A stretch of 64,000 nt of DNA from Cenarchaeum sp. Lineage in GTDB: Archaea > Thermoproteota > Nitrososphaeria > Nitrososphaerales > Nitrosopumilaceae. This document shows, in pieces, positions 1 to 9,124 of this stretch; positions within the stretch are counted from its first letter, which is position 1; each line of letters begins with the position of its first letter. A program made the translations under genes and the position numbers. The notes under the pieces are model-generated. The model did no database searches. It was not told the DNA's origin and worked only from the letters and a program-made list of their open reading frames with translations. The stretch lies in contig OZ243037.1 in assembly GCA_965212015.1 (NCBI GenBank), positions 256,001 through 320,000 of the forward strand, given 5' to 3'.

Positions 1-131
1 AGAAAATCACCCGGCCTCTCTGCCCTCCACACTTCGCCTATCCGGGGAGACGCGCCGGATTTTTTGTACAGCTGTAAGGTCTGCTCTATGAGAAAGACGG
101 TCTGTTTTTTGAACTCTGGATCTAGGGCCAT
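1..131 (-). CDS. Hypothetical protein, 5' part only (runs off window)
   Basis: Hand translation from ATG at 131: MALDPEFKKQTVFLIEQTLQLYKKSGASPRIGEVWRAERPGDF, open to the window edge, 13 bp after the uL6 stop. Confidence 0.6.
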   Translation of the reverse strand, partial: MALDPEFKKQTVFLIEQTLQLYKKSGASPRIGEVWRAERPGDF

Positions 132-144
132 CTGCGATTCGAAG

Positions 145-696
145 CTATTTTTCAATTCCCTTTTTCTTGTCGTATACGTAAATGCCGTCTAGAAACACAC
201 GGTGATCCTTGTTTTTCACCTTTGTCTTTTGCTGTATGTTGGCCGCCGTCTGGGTGACGTCTGTCAGAACCGTCCCCGTCACTATGACGTCCTCGCCTTT
301 TGCAGTCACGCTAGTCTTTCCCACAATGCTGGCAACTCGGGCCGCGCGCTCGCCCTGAAAGTTCTCGACTAGGATCTGTCCGTCCTTTGTCTTTACCGTT
401 ATGGGAAAGTGCGCATACACTATCTTTAGCTTTATGGTGTAACCCTCCTGCACCCCCTCGAAGAGGTTCCTGATTATAGAGTGTGCCGTGTTTAGTATGG
501 CATAGTCCTTTTTTCTCGTCCCGGTCGCCTTTAGCTTTACCTTGCCGTCTGCAACCTGCAGGTGCACCGGGATCTTTTTGAAGCTCTTGTGCGCCTTGCC
601 GAGCTTGCCGCTTATCTTGAGCATGCTCTTGTTTAATGACGCCTCGACTCCCTCGGGAATCGCCATTTCGCGCTCTGTGTGCGTATTAGTAGACAT
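145..696 (-). CDS. rpl6: 50S ribosomal protein uL6
   Basis: YAHFPI and KNKDHRVFLDGIYV motifs; follows uS8. Confidence 0.97.
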   Translation of the reverse strand: MSTNTHTEREMAIPEGVEASLNKSMLKISGKLGKAHKSFKKIPVHLQVADGKVKLKATGTRKKDYAILNTAHSIIRNLFEGVQEGYTIKLKIVYAHFPITVKTKDGQILVENFQGERAARVASIVGKTSVTAKGEDVIVTGTVLTDVTQTAANIQQKTKVKNKDHRVFLDGIYVYDKKKGIEK

Positions 697-1078
697 ATCC
701 TATCAGCAGTCCCCCTATTCCCTTTTGCAGCGCCTCGTGGTGCGACATTACGCCCTGGTTTGTAGTCACAAGCAGCATTCCCCTGTTGTATGACGGGAGG
801 TACTGCTGCTCCCAGTACGTGTATTCGTCCTTTTTTACCTTGAACCTGGGCGATATTGCGCCGCATTTTGTAATCTTGGCCATCAGCTTTATGTGGAATT
901 TTCCACCGCGCTTGTCGTCGACGTGCTCAAATTCGCCGATATAGCCGTCCTTTTTTAGCGTATTGAGAACCTCGACTCCGAGGTTTGAGGTGGGGTATAC
1001 CAGGCAGTCCCTTTTTCGGCGCGTCTCGGTATTGTACAGCGTCACAAACAGGTTTGCAAGGATATTGGTGGCAGGCAT
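686..1078 (-). CDS. rps8: 30S ribosomal protein uS8
   Basis: KCGAISPRF and TTNQGVMSH...GGLLIGYVY motifs. Confidence 0.97.
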   Translation of the reverse strand: MPATNILANLFVTLYNTETRRKRDCLVYPTSNLGVEVLNTLKKDGYIGEFEHVDDKRGGKFHIKLMAKITKCGAISPRFKVKKDEYTYWEQQYLPSYNRGMLLVTTNQGVMSHHEALQKGIGGLLIGYVY

Positions 1079-1084
1079 CTTATA

Positions 1085-1264
1085 TCACCGGTGTTTCTTG
1101 AATCCCAAGGATCCTGCGACTTCTCTGAAGCATCGTCGGCATATCATGAGGTTGTACTTTTGAATTACCGCCGTATAGTCTCCGCATCTTTTGCACCACT
1201 TTGAACCCCTTCCAAAGTCGTGCTTTTTTCTTCCCGTAAACTCGTATGACCTGTTTTTTACCAT
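1085..1264 (-). CDS. rps14: 30S ribosomal protein uS14 (zinc-binding type), not in ORF track
   Basis: Hand translation, 59 aa: MVKNRSYEFTGRKKHDFGRGSKWCKRCGDYTAVIQKYNLMICRRCFREVAGSLGFKKHR; canonical position between uL5 and uS8. Confidence 0.96.
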   Translation of the reverse strand: MVKNRSYEFTGRKKHDFGRGSKWCKRCGDYTAVIQKYNLMICRRCFREVAGSLGFKKHR

Positions 1265-1785
1265 TATACTATCTCAACTCCAAATTCGCCGGATACAAAA
1301 TCCTTTGCCTCCGGGGCAGTTATCCTGTGGGCCTTTCCCACGCTTGCCTTGTGCTTGCTCCTGGTCCTTATGCCGTATCCTGGCCTGGTAAGCACCATTG
1401 CTACATCAAGGCCGAGGATGCCTATTGCCGGATCGTACTTTACCCCCGGAATGTCGATATGCTCGCGTATCCCGAATGAAAAATTTCCAAAGCCGTCAAA
1501 CGATCTGCCCTTTACCTGGTTTGCCTTTGCCTCAAAGAGCCGCTTTGCTAGTGCGATGGCGTCATCCCGGCGTATGGTCACCGTGACTCCGATCGGCTCG
1601 CCCTTGCGCACCCCAAAGTCCCTCTGCGTCTCTTTTGCGTTGCGCGAGCACGGCTTTTTGCCTGAGATCTGGGCCAACGCCTTTTTTGCCACCTCGATTG
1701 CGTCGCCTGACTTGCCCACTCCCATGTTGAGCACTATCTTTTCAAGTGAGATCTTTTTCATTACGTTTTGTACCTGTTGCGCCAT
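1264..1785 (-). CDS. rpl5: 50S ribosomal protein uL5
   Basis: LNMGVG, FDGFGNFSFGIREHIDIPG motifs. Confidence 0.97.
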   Translation of the reverse strand: MAQQVQNVMKKISLEKIVLNMGVGKSGDAIEVAKKALAQISGKKPCSRNAKETQRDFGVRKGEPIGVTVTIRRDDAIALAKRLFEAKANQVKGRSFDGFGNFSFGIREHIDIPGVKYDPAIGILGLDVAMVLTRPGYGIRTRSKHKASVGKAHRITAPEAKDFVSGEFGVEIV

Positions 1786-1789
1786 CTTG

Positions 1790-2506
1790 TCACCTGATCT
1801 GTATTACGGGTTTGTCCTTTCCTACCGCCATTATAATGTCCGTCGGAATCTCGATTTTCCTCTGCTCTAGCTTTATTGTGGCCATCTTTGAGAGCACAAA
1901 CGTGCCGTCTCTTATCTCGACTACCGTGCCAATCTGTCCGGCGTTGATTCCCTTTGTCACTATAACTTGGGTGTCTTTTTCCAGTCTTATGGTCTGGAGT
2001 ATCTTTTGCTCTGGAACCTGTATGAGACAGGAATCCCCTATGCCTACCTTTTCCTCGCTGAACAGTGATCGCCCGTCATGCAGGCCGATCTGCGTCTTGC
2101 CGCCCTTTGTGGACACCTTGCTTGTGACCTTGCAGAGCTTTTTGGTCTTTTCTGCCGCGTCGATTTTTATCGGCTTTAGTATGGTGCCGTCATTTGGAAC
2201 CATCCTGTATATGTCGCTTACATTTGCCAGCTCTACTATATCCATCAGTCCGATTCCGTGGTGAAGTGATTTTCTTTTTACGCCGTCTACTGTGACGTTT
2301 CCAGAATAGATTGACGTCTTGGCCTCCCTCAGCGTGGTCACCTTTTTTATCGTGTCCCTCAGAAACACCGCAGACGGAATGGAGACGTGCTTTGAGTGCG
2401 CGCCGGGCCTTACCGTGATGACAAACCGCTTGTCTTTTCTCGTAATTCCCCAAAACTGCGGGGCCATCTGCCGTTTGAGCTTTTTGCTGCCTGCAATACT
2501 TACCAT
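1790..2506 (-). CDS. rps4e: 30S ribosomal protein eS4
   Basis: KKLKRQMAP, RPGAH, QIGLHDGR motifs. Confidence 0.96.
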   Translation of the reverse strand: MVSIAGSKKLKRQMAPQFWGITRKDKRFVITVRPGAHSKHVSIPSAVFLRDTIKKVTTLREAKTSIYSGNVTVDGVKRKSLHHGIGLMDIVELANVSDIYRMVPNDGTILKPIKIDAAEKTKKLCKVTSKVSTKGGKTQIGLHDGRSLFSEEKVGIGDSCLIQVPEQKILQTIRLEKDTQVIVTKGINAGQIGTVVEIRDGTFVLSKMATIKLEQRKIEIPTDIIMAVGKDKPVIQIR

Positions 2507-2967
2507 TAATCGTCATCCTCCGCCGATTTCTTTGCAGGCTGATCTGGCTCACCCTTGGCAGTTTCCTTTTTCTCTGTGGACTCTTTTTCAGGGGCCTGCT
2601 CTTTTGATCCCTGCTTGAAATCCTTGCCCTCCAGCCTTGAGATTCTCCACGAATCCGACGTGTTCAGGCCGGTGACTATGACGTTGGACGTGTGGATTAG
2701 CACGTCGAACTTGTCGCCCTGACCCTTTTCCTTTTTGATTCCATCTATTGCCACGCTGCACGCCTGAGTCGAGACCCGCGAGACCTTTCCGCTGACATCC
2801 GTATACTCGCCCCGGACGACTTTGATCGTGTCGCCTTCCACAACCCTTATGCTTCTCTTGCCGTATTTTTTTTGCAGATCCTTTGAGAGCGCGCTTCCCA
2901 TCTGGTTGCTCCTAGTGCGCAGCGATGCCCGGTAGATCTGGTTGTTTCTCATCTTTGTCGGCTTCAT
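2506..2967 (-). CDS. rpl24: 50S ribosomal protein uL24 with acidic/charged C-terminal tail
   Basis: KOW motif [11 protein letters not shown]; IHTSNVIVT. Confidence 0.95.
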   Translation of the reverse strand: MKPTKMRNNQIYRASLRTRSNQMGSALSKDLQKKYGKRSIRVVEGDTIKVVRGEYTDVSGKVSRVSTQACSVAIDGIKKEKGQGDKFDVLIHTSNVIVTGLNTSDSWRISRLEGKDFKQGSKEQAPEKESTEKKETAKGEPDQPAKKSAEDDD

Positions 2968-3402
2968 CTATACCACCATCGACGCAAGATTTGCCACCCT
3001 TGGCCATTTTTCTGAAGCTTCTGCGGATACGGGACCCTTGATGTCGGTGCCCTTCATCTCGCCCTCCGGCGTTGTAAGGACGGCCGCATTGTCCTCAAAG
3101 GAGACCCTGACTCCGTTTAATCTGTGAATTGCATACTTTTGCCTGATTATTACCGCGCCGTGAACCTGCTTGCGCAGCTCCGCCGGGCCCTTTTTCACTA
3201 CAACATTTACAAAATCCCCTACCGCCGCAGCAGGCAGTCTGGATACCCTCGTCTTTGTCTTTTGCACCATGACTATCTCTAGTGTCTTGGCGCCGCTATT
3301 GTCTGCGCACACTATCTGTGCGCCGACGGGCAGTGATCTTGTGACGTACGGCCTGAACTCCTCTACGCCCTTTGCCTTTCCGCGATTCCTGCCCTGTGAC
3401 AT
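2968..3402 (-). CDS. rpl14: 50S ribosomal protein uL14
   Basis: CADNSGAK, FEDNAAV motifs. Confidence 0.97.
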   Translation of the reverse strand: MSQGRNRGKAKGVEEFRPYVTRSLPVGAQIVCADNSGAKTLEIVMVQKTKTRVSRLPAAAVGDFVNVVVKKGPAELRKQVHGAVIIRQKYAIHRLNGVRVSFEDNAAVLTTPEGEMKGTDIKGPVSAEASEKWPRVANLASMVV

Positions 3403-3731
3403 TATTCCTTAACCTCCACTATGACATAGGATACCGACTTTGCGATGGGACGGCATTCGGCCGCAAGCACCCTGTCGCCTTCCTTGACGTCCAGATTGGA
3501 AGGCACGTGCGCGTGAATGCTGCTCTTGCCGCGTGCGTATCTCTTGAACTTTGTAAAATAGACTGGCGATTCCCTCTCTATTACCACCGTGTTTTTGGCC
3601 TTTGCGCTGACGACGTTTCCCTCAAACAGCTTGCCTCTGATCGCAAGCGTCCCGTTAAACGGATTGTTCTTGTCGTTTTCGTCTGCGGGCCTTTTGGGCT
3701 CTGGCACTGTGAGGCCTATATTGCGGGTCAT
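3402..3731 (-). CDS. rps17: 30S ribosomal protein uS17
   Basis: Start placed at MTRNIG (ATGA overlap with the rnp1 stop); PFNG, AECRPIAK motifs. Confidence 0.95.
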   Translation of the reverse strand: MTRNIGLTVPEPKRPADENDKNNPFNGTLAIRGKLFEGNVVSAKAKNTVVIERESPVYFTKFKRYARGKSSIHAHVPSNLDVKEGDRVLAAECRPIAKSVSYVIVEVKE

Positions 3732-3991
3732 TTCCTTGCCAACCTCTCGTGCGGCCTGCGTGCCAGCAAGGCCCCATGAACCTCCCTGTGGGCGCCGTTC
3801 CACGAAAACCTCCACGTATTGACGTCTTTTGGGATCATTTTGGAACCTGATCCGGTGTCTATTACAAACATGTTTTTTGTTTCATTTATCACGGTTCCAT
3901 TTAATCCTATGATTTGGGGGTTGCGTGACTGCACAATCTCCGCCCTGAGGCCGATTATCTCGTGTGACGGCATGTTCTCTGGCGTGATCAT
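3728..3991 (-). CDS. rnp1: Ribonuclease P protein subunit p29/POP4
   Basis: HEIIGL...GTVINETKNM...RPHERL; canonical position between uL29 and uS17. Confidence 0.93.
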   Translation of the reverse strand: MITPENMPSHEIIGLRAEIVQSRNPQIIGLNGTVINETKNMFVIDTGSGSKMIPKDVNTWRFSWNGAHREVHGALLARRPHERLARK

Positions 3992-4191
3992 TCTTCTTTT
4001 ACCTCGTTTAGCCTTGTCATAATCCTTGCAATGTCGTGTTTTAGCGGTTTAAGCTTTCCGCTGTCCTTTCTCAGGGTTCCCTTTGCAGCCTCTACTTTGA
4101 GCTTTGCTAGCTCCGAGCGTGATTCCTGGAGCTTGCCTTTTAGATCCTTTTCATTGAGGTTCCTTATCGTCTTCATGCTGATTCTGCTCAT
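3988..4191 (-). CDS. rpl29: 50S ribosomal protein uL29
   Basis: 67 aa, [13 protein letters not shown]; operon position. Confidence 0.94.
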   Translation of the reverse strand: MSRISMKTIRNLNEKDLKGKLQESRSELAKLKVEAAKGTLRKDSGKLKPLKHDIARIMTRLNEVKEE

Positions 4192-5132
4192 TTTAGCTTG
4201 TTCTCCTCTTCTTCTAGCGTCTCCATGTCCTTCATCTTTTCTGCCTCGACGGCAATCTGCTCTGACTCGGTGCTGATCTTTGGCTGGCCGTTGTCGGGTG
4301 CGGAATCGGCAGTATTGTCCGGCTCAGAACCGCCCCCGCCTGCTGTGGAATCCGCAGTCTTGTCCGGCTCAGAACCGCCCCCGCCTGCTGTGGAATCCGT
4401 AGTCTTGTCCGGTGCTGAATCCTCCTTTTTGTCCGGTGCGGAATTCTTGTCTGCTGTGGAATCCATCTCTTTGCCTAGCGAGGGATCCGTCATCTCCTTG
4501 ACGTCAGTCTGCGCTGCTGCCTTTGGGACGTCCTTTGGTTTTTGGACCTTTAGCTCAAACTCTGGGACAAACTTTTCCTTTCTTGCGATTCTTATCCTTA
4601 TTCCAATCAGGCCCATTGGCGTCTTTACGTGCGCAATGTCCTCGTCCACTATCACCTCTGCGTGGTGTCCGGCCCTTGGGAGTATCCCGGCGGTGTGTTT
4701 TTCAAACGCGGATCTGTCGCCTCTGAGCTTGCCGGAGATTGTTATCTGCACGCCCATTGCATTGTTTTCCATCACCTGCTGCAGGGTCCACATGGTGGCG
4801 CGCCTAAACGCAGTTCCGCGCTCTATGTGGGATGCCATCCTGTTGCACATTACGCTCGGCGAGAGCTCCGGCTTGTCTATCTCGATTACCGTTATCTGCG
4901 GGTTTTTCAGCCCGAAATCCGTGCCAAGCTTTTCTGTGAGCTCCCTGATGCCCACGCCCTTTCTTCCGATTACTATTCCGGGTCTTGTGACGTGCAGCGC
5001 CACCTTTGTTCCGGTGGGCGTCTTTGAGATCTCGGCGTGTGAGAATCCTGCCTCCTTTATCTGATCCCGCAGATAGTCCTTGAGCAGCATCATGTTATAG
5101 TTGTCCTTGATTACGTTTTTGACAGTCGACAA
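4188..5132 (-). CDS. rps3: 30S ribosomal protein uS3 with repeat-containing C-terminal extension
   Basis: KH motif [10 protein letters not shown]; ISGKLRGDR. Confidence 0.96.
   Translation of the reverse strand: MSTVKNVIKDNYNMMLLKDYLRDQIKEAGFSHAEISKTPTGTKVALHVTRPGIVIGRKGVGIRELTEKLGTDFGLKNPQITVIEIDKPELSPSVMCNRMASHIERGTAFRRATMWTLQQVMENNAMGVQITISGKLRGDRSAFEKHTAGILPRAGHHAEVIVDEDIAHVKTPMGLIGIRIRIARKEKFVPEFELKVQKPKDVPKAAAQTDVKEMTDPSLGKEMDSTADKNSAPDKKEDSAPDKTTDSTAGGGGSEPDKTADSTAGGGGSEPDNTADSAPDNGQPKISTESEQIAVEAEKMKDMETLEEEENKLK
4316..4411. repeat. 45-bp tandem repeat (about 2 copies plus degenerate flanks) in the uS3 tail
   Basis: tgtccggctcagaaccgcccccgcctgctgtggaatccg repeated at a 45-bp period; encodes [12 protein letters not shown] twice. 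Confidence 0.9.
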
Positions 5133-5134
5133 TT

Positions 5135-5602
5135 CTAAACCTCCAGTGCCACGAGCTCCACGTGGGTCATTACGTTGTTGTTCGGCGTCGCCCTGCCCAT
5201 TGCGCGCGGGATGAATCTTTTTACAATAACTCCCTTGTGCACGGTGGCATTGACTATTCTCAGCCTGTCCATGTCCATTCCCTTGTATTCGGCATTGGCC
5301 TCCAGGTTGGCTAGCAGCTTTATGAACTCAGTTGCCGATTTTTCGGGATACCTTCCCGACATGACCCCCGGATCGGACCTGTGGCCGACTTGTTCCTTGA
5401 AGCGCTTGAAGGGAACCGCCCTTTTCTTCTCGATTACCGCCTGAAGAAAGTCCTTTGCCTTTTCAATGGACATTCCCTTGATTTTCACTGCAATCTCCCG
5501 CGCGTGCTTGTGGGATATCTCCTTTTCTCGCAGGGATGCGCGCACATGCCGCGTCGGATCATAACCCTGAAAAGCATAGCTGAACTGTCCCATATCCATC
5601 AC
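5135..5602 (-). CDS. rpl22: 50S ribosomal protein uL22
   Basis: [20 protein letters not shown] motifs. Confidence 0.96.
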   Translation of the reverse strand: MMDMGQFSYAFQGYDPTRHVRASLREKEISHKHAREIAVKIKGMSIEKAKDFLQAVIEKKRAVPFKRFKEQVGHRSDPGVMSGRYPEKSATEFIKLLANLEANAEYKGMDMDRLRIVNATVHKGVIVKRFIPRAMGRATPNNNVMTHVELVALEV

Positions 5603-5994
5603 TTTAGTGGCACATAGAGGCTGGATCTTGACGCGCCAACGCCGGGGGCGCCGTGTGAAACCCGCTTGTTTGTAATGACGTATTCGCCGATATAGTGTCC
5701 TATCATCTCTGTAACAATGTTTACTGCCTGAAACTCCTTTCCAGAGTACACGTTTACTGTGGCACCCACCATGTACGGCAGGACTATGAGATCCCGTATG
5801 TGCGTCTTTATGGGATTCTTGCTTTTACCCGCCTTTGCGTCCTTTATCTCCTGAATCAGCTTGCGTTTTCCGTCGGTAATCCCGCGGGTAAGTGATCGTC
5901 TCTGCCTCGAGTTAAACAGCCTGAATATGTTGTCCAGCGACATGCCCTCAAGCTCGGCCAAGGGCCTTCCCCTGTATTCAAAAATCTTGGCCAT
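5599..5994 (-). CDS. rps19: 30S ribosomal protein uS19
   Basis: EMIGHYIGEY, HGAPGVGASRSS motifs. Confidence 0.97.
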   Translation of the reverse strand: MAKIFEYRGRPLAELEGMSLDNIFRLFNSRQRRSLTRGITDGKRKLIQEIKDAKAGKSKNPIKTHIRDLIVLPYMVGATVNVYSGKEFQAVNIVTEMIGHYIGEYVITNKRVSHGAPGVGASRSSLYVPLK

Positions 5995-6035
5995 CGCTGC
6001 TCTCCATTGGTAAGAAATTGGATTTTGTGACCATA

Positions 6036-6302
6036 TTATAGCATTCCTATCTTTGTTGCCAGATCCCTTGCTTTTTCGGTGTTTTCAAACTGTATGAACG
6101 CCTTTTTGCCGTAGATGGTTCTTGCCGTATTGATGCTCGTCGCCCTTTGGTTGTACAGTATGTCGACTGCCTCCATTATCTCCGGCTTGCTTGCCGTCCT
6201 TTCCACGATAAAGCAAACCTTGCTCTCTTTTTCCACCATCTCGAATGTCTTTTCCGTAATGTGGGGCTTTATGACGATCTTTGTGGCCTCTTCTATGTTC
6301 AT
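6036..6302 (-). CDS. rpl23: 50S ribosomal protein uL23
   Basis: PHITEK, GKKAFI motifs. Confidence 0.95.
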   Translation of the reverse strand: MNIEEATKIVIKPHITEKTFEMVEKESKVCFIVERTASKPEIMEAVDILYNQRATSINTARTIYGKKAFIQFENTEKARDLATKIGML

Positions 6303-7111
6303 TTGATTTTCACCATCAGTTCCAGATGCGGGGATTTTATCTTGGCGATTTCCGCTATGGCGCCCTTTGAGTATACGGTTAGCCTTATCGGATCGGATCC
6401 CGGCGCCAGATCCAGCACGCTGAGATCCCTTACGGCCCTGGCAGTGACCCCGGGAAACCCGCCTATGGCCCTTGAGATCATTTCTGCCGACTTTGTGACA
6501 AACAGCACGCTTGTGCCGATCTTTTTTGGCCTGCCCCTCAATGCGGACTTGCCCGTGCGGGGCTTTCTCCTGCGGAGCCTGTCGATATCCCCGGTGAGGT
6601 TGAGCGCGTCGAGAACCTGCTTCATCTCTTTTGCCTTGGATACCTTTTCAATGTCATCGGACACTATAATCGGAAACGACTCGATGCCGTCTATTATGTG
6701 TCCCCTTGATTCTACCAGACTTTTTGATGCAGTAGCGGCAATGGCCGAGCACAGTGCCAGCCTGTTTTCCTTCTTGTTGATGCCCTTGTGGATTTTCTTG
6801 TCCACGTTGGGGGGGTGCGCCTGTCTTCCGCCCCTGACTGATGCCACCTCGCCTGCCTCGCCGCCCCGGCCGCCACCGCCGCCCTTCATCCTGGCCACCC
6901 TTGATCTTCCGTGACCCGTTGGGGGATCTAGCGAATCCGCAGAGACGTCCATTCCAGCGGTGGGATGCGTTCCCTTTGGCTGGAACCGGTGCGTGTTGAG
7001 GTTGGTGTATACCCTGTGAATCAAGTCCTTCCGGTACGGCGTCTCAAACACCATCGGAACCTCCACTTGCGAGTCCTCCTTGCCGTCTATTGCAAGTGAC
7101 TGCACCTTCAT
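6299..7111 (-). CDS. rpl4: 50S ribosomal protein uL4
   Basis: GGRQAHPP, LDLAPG motifs. Confidence 0.96.
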   Translation of the reverse strand: MKVQSLAIDGKEDSQVEVPMVFETPYRKDLIHRVYTNLNTHRFQPKGTHPTAGMDVSADSLDPPTGHGRSRVARMKGGGGGRGGEAGEVASVRGGRQAHPPNVDKKIHKGINKKENRLALCSAIAATASKSLVESRGHIIDGIESFPIIVSDDIEKVSKAKEMKQVLDALNLTGDIDRLRRRKPRTGKSALRGRPKKIGTSVLFVTKSAEMISRAIGGFPGVTARAVRDLSVLDLAPGSDPIRLTVYSKGAIAEIAKIKSPHLELMVKIK

Positions 7112-8100
7112 ATTACGATCTCCAGTATGTTGGGCTTGATTATTTTTTTGGGCGCGTTTCTTATCTGGGATCTAAGCTTTATCATTCTCTTGTACGTGCC
7201 GGGTATCGAACCCTTTAGGATGATAAAGTCGCCCTTTACCTCGCCGAAATGCTTGTAGCCCCCGTCGGGATTGATCCTAATCTCGTCTTTTTCCGTGTTG
7301 CCAATTGCCATTATCCTCTTGTTGTACTCTAGCCTCTGGTGGAATCCCATCTGTCCGGCCCTTGGAACGGTATACATTACGTTCTGCGGCGATATCGGTC
7401 CGAGCGAGCCTATCTCTCTTACGGTCTTTCTGGACTTGTGCTGTTTTCTTTTTGCGCCCATTCTCTGGATTACGCCCTGCCATCCCTTGCCCTTGGTAAT
7501 CGACGCCACATCAACGCTAGAGCCAAGCTCAAAGACCTGGCCTATCTTTACCTCCTTGCCGAGAAGATCCTTCAGGTATGCAAACTGCTCCTGTATGGTG
7601 CCTCCCTGCACCGAGGCCTCAAAGATATACGGCCGTTTTTGCTCCAGTCCGGCGGCACGCGGCGATACTGCCACTATTCCAAATATGTGGCTGATGCGGC
7701 CGAGGGATTTTTCCGCACCCTCAAGTGCGCCCTCTTTGTTTTTTAGCATAATCTGTTTTGAAATTGCCTTGGGCATGTCCTCTGCAAACACGTCGAATTT
7801 TGCGTGCATTCCATAGTGATCCTTTGCGTATCCCCTGATTCCAAGCACCAGAATCGGCGGGGTGGCCAGCACCGTGCACAGGCTTACGAGCTGTTTGCCG
7901 GCATTTGGCGTGTGCTCCCTGTCATCGATGCTTGCAATCTGGATGCATCCTGCCTTGAATCCGACGTGGGCAAGCAGCTTTGGCTCCTTGGATTCCACCT
8001 GCGGCCATCCCCTGATTCGGGCCTCCATGCTTTTGGCGCGTCCCCTGGGGGAATATGCCATGCTTCCCCTGCGGGGCTGGCTGTGTTTTCTGTGTCCCAT
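7108..8100 (-). CDS. rpl3: 50S ribosomal protein uL3
   Basis: PRRGSM, GFKAG, VPRAGQMGFHQR motifs. Confidence 0.97.
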   Translation of the reverse strand: MGHRKHSQPRRGSMAYSPRGRAKSMEARIRGWPQVESKEPKLLAHVGFKAGCIQIASIDDREHTPNAGKQLVSLCTVLATPPILVLGIRGYAKDHYGMHAKFDVFAEDMPKAISKQIMLKNKEGALEGAEKSLGRISHIFGIVAVSPRAAGLEQKRPYIFEASVQGGTIQEQFAYLKDLLGKEVKIGQVFELGSSVDVASITKGKGWQGVIQRMGAKRKQHKSRKTVREIGSLGPISPQNVMYTVPRAGQMGFHQRLEYNKRIMAIGNTEKDEIRINPDGGYKHFGEVKGDFIILKGSIPGTYKRMIKLRSQIRNAPKKIIKPNILEIVI

Positions 8101-8127
8101 TGATAAACGAAAATCATGTGCCGTTTG

Positions 8128-8140
8128 GTTTTATATGTAT
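8128..8140 (-). promoter_or_regulatory. Putative archaeal TATA box of the ribosomal protein operon
   Basis: TATAAAA on the minus strand about 30 nt upstream of the rpl3 ATG, consistent with a leaderless or short-leader transcript. Confidence 0.55.
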
Positions 8141-8255
8141 CTATGAAATCCGGCGCGTTTGATCAGTCGGGAGCTGGCGCGGCAAAATCCGGGAGGTGCT
8201 GCGGGCATTGCGATTCTGGCGACACGCTGTTTATTAGTATGACGGGGCCAGTTTT

Positions 8256-9068
8256 TTGATGAGTCTTGCGCGGGCCGTAACGGACATCAAGGCAGAGTTT
8301 GCACAAAAATACGAGGGAAACGCCCACGTCTGCGAGGTGATTCCCCGCGGCCCGACACAGTCGCTGCCAATTGATTCGGACACCTTGAAAATGCTGCACG
8401 CATTTGCAAAAAACAACCCCATATACTGCAGCTCCTTTGTGATGCGGCTAAAAGGCGCCGACTGTACCGTGTACGAGGGGGACATTAACAGCTACTGGAT
8501 AGACAGCATCAAACACGACACGAGCTATGCCCCGTTTTATCCCACCTGGATTCTTTCTGCATACGTGCTTGCCGTCACTGCGAGGGGCCTTGGCGTCTTG
8601 CATGCAGTCGATGTCGGCTCCGGCGACGGGCGAATCGCCTACTGCTGCGCGGTGGCCGGACTGAAGTCGTACGGCCTGGAGATAGAGCCGAGTCTAGTCG
8701 AGCTTCAAAAAGGCATTGCGGCAGGTACGGGAGTGGGGTTTGACTCTGTACTTGCAGATGCGACGCAGTTTGAGTACTCGTCGCTGGATCTGGAGCGTCC
8801 GGGATTCTTTATTGGGGGACTGCCGGAGGTGGGGGAGATTCTGGCAGGAAGCGTGATTGAAAAAAACCTCGCCGTCGCGCACTCTGAGTTTGTCCTGACT
8901 GGCACCAACGCGGCAAGAAAGACGTCCCGTGACGGCTCAAAGTGGGGATGGGGGGATCTCATCGGGCGCTTTGGACTAAAAGTGGACGAGACAGTCACGC
9001 TGCCGACTAGGTGGACGATGGATCAGCTGCTGGGCACGCCGTACGTGTTTGCCTCGCGCCGCGTCTAG
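8256..9068 (+). CDS. Putative class I SAM-dependent methyltransferase
   Basis: Motif I VDVGSGDGR, followed by GLEIE and ADAT. Confidence 0.7.
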   Translation: MMSLARAVTDIKAEFAQKYEGNAHVCEVIPRGPTQSLPIDSDTLKMLHAFAKNNPIYCSSFVMRLKGADCTVYEGDINSYWIDSIKHDTSYAPFYPTWILSAYVLAVTARGLGVLHAVDVGSGDGRIAYCCAVAGLKSYGLEIEPSLVELQKGIAAGTGVGFDSVLADATQFEYSSLDLERPGFFIGGLPEVGEILAGSVIEKNLAVAHSEFVLTGTNAARKTSRDGSKWGWGDLIGRFGLKVDETVTLPTRWTMDQLLGTPYVFASRRV

Positions 9069-9124
9069 CCTGACTGCGGATCCAAAAAAGCCCGGATTTG
9101 AATTACAATAAAACGGAAAAAAAG

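Noticed and set aside
5995-6035. rpl2 absent between rpl23 and rps19; operon also stops after rpl6
   Set aside because: Split ribosomal operons are, as far as I recall, normal in thaumarchaea; no remnant is visible in the 41-bp gap.
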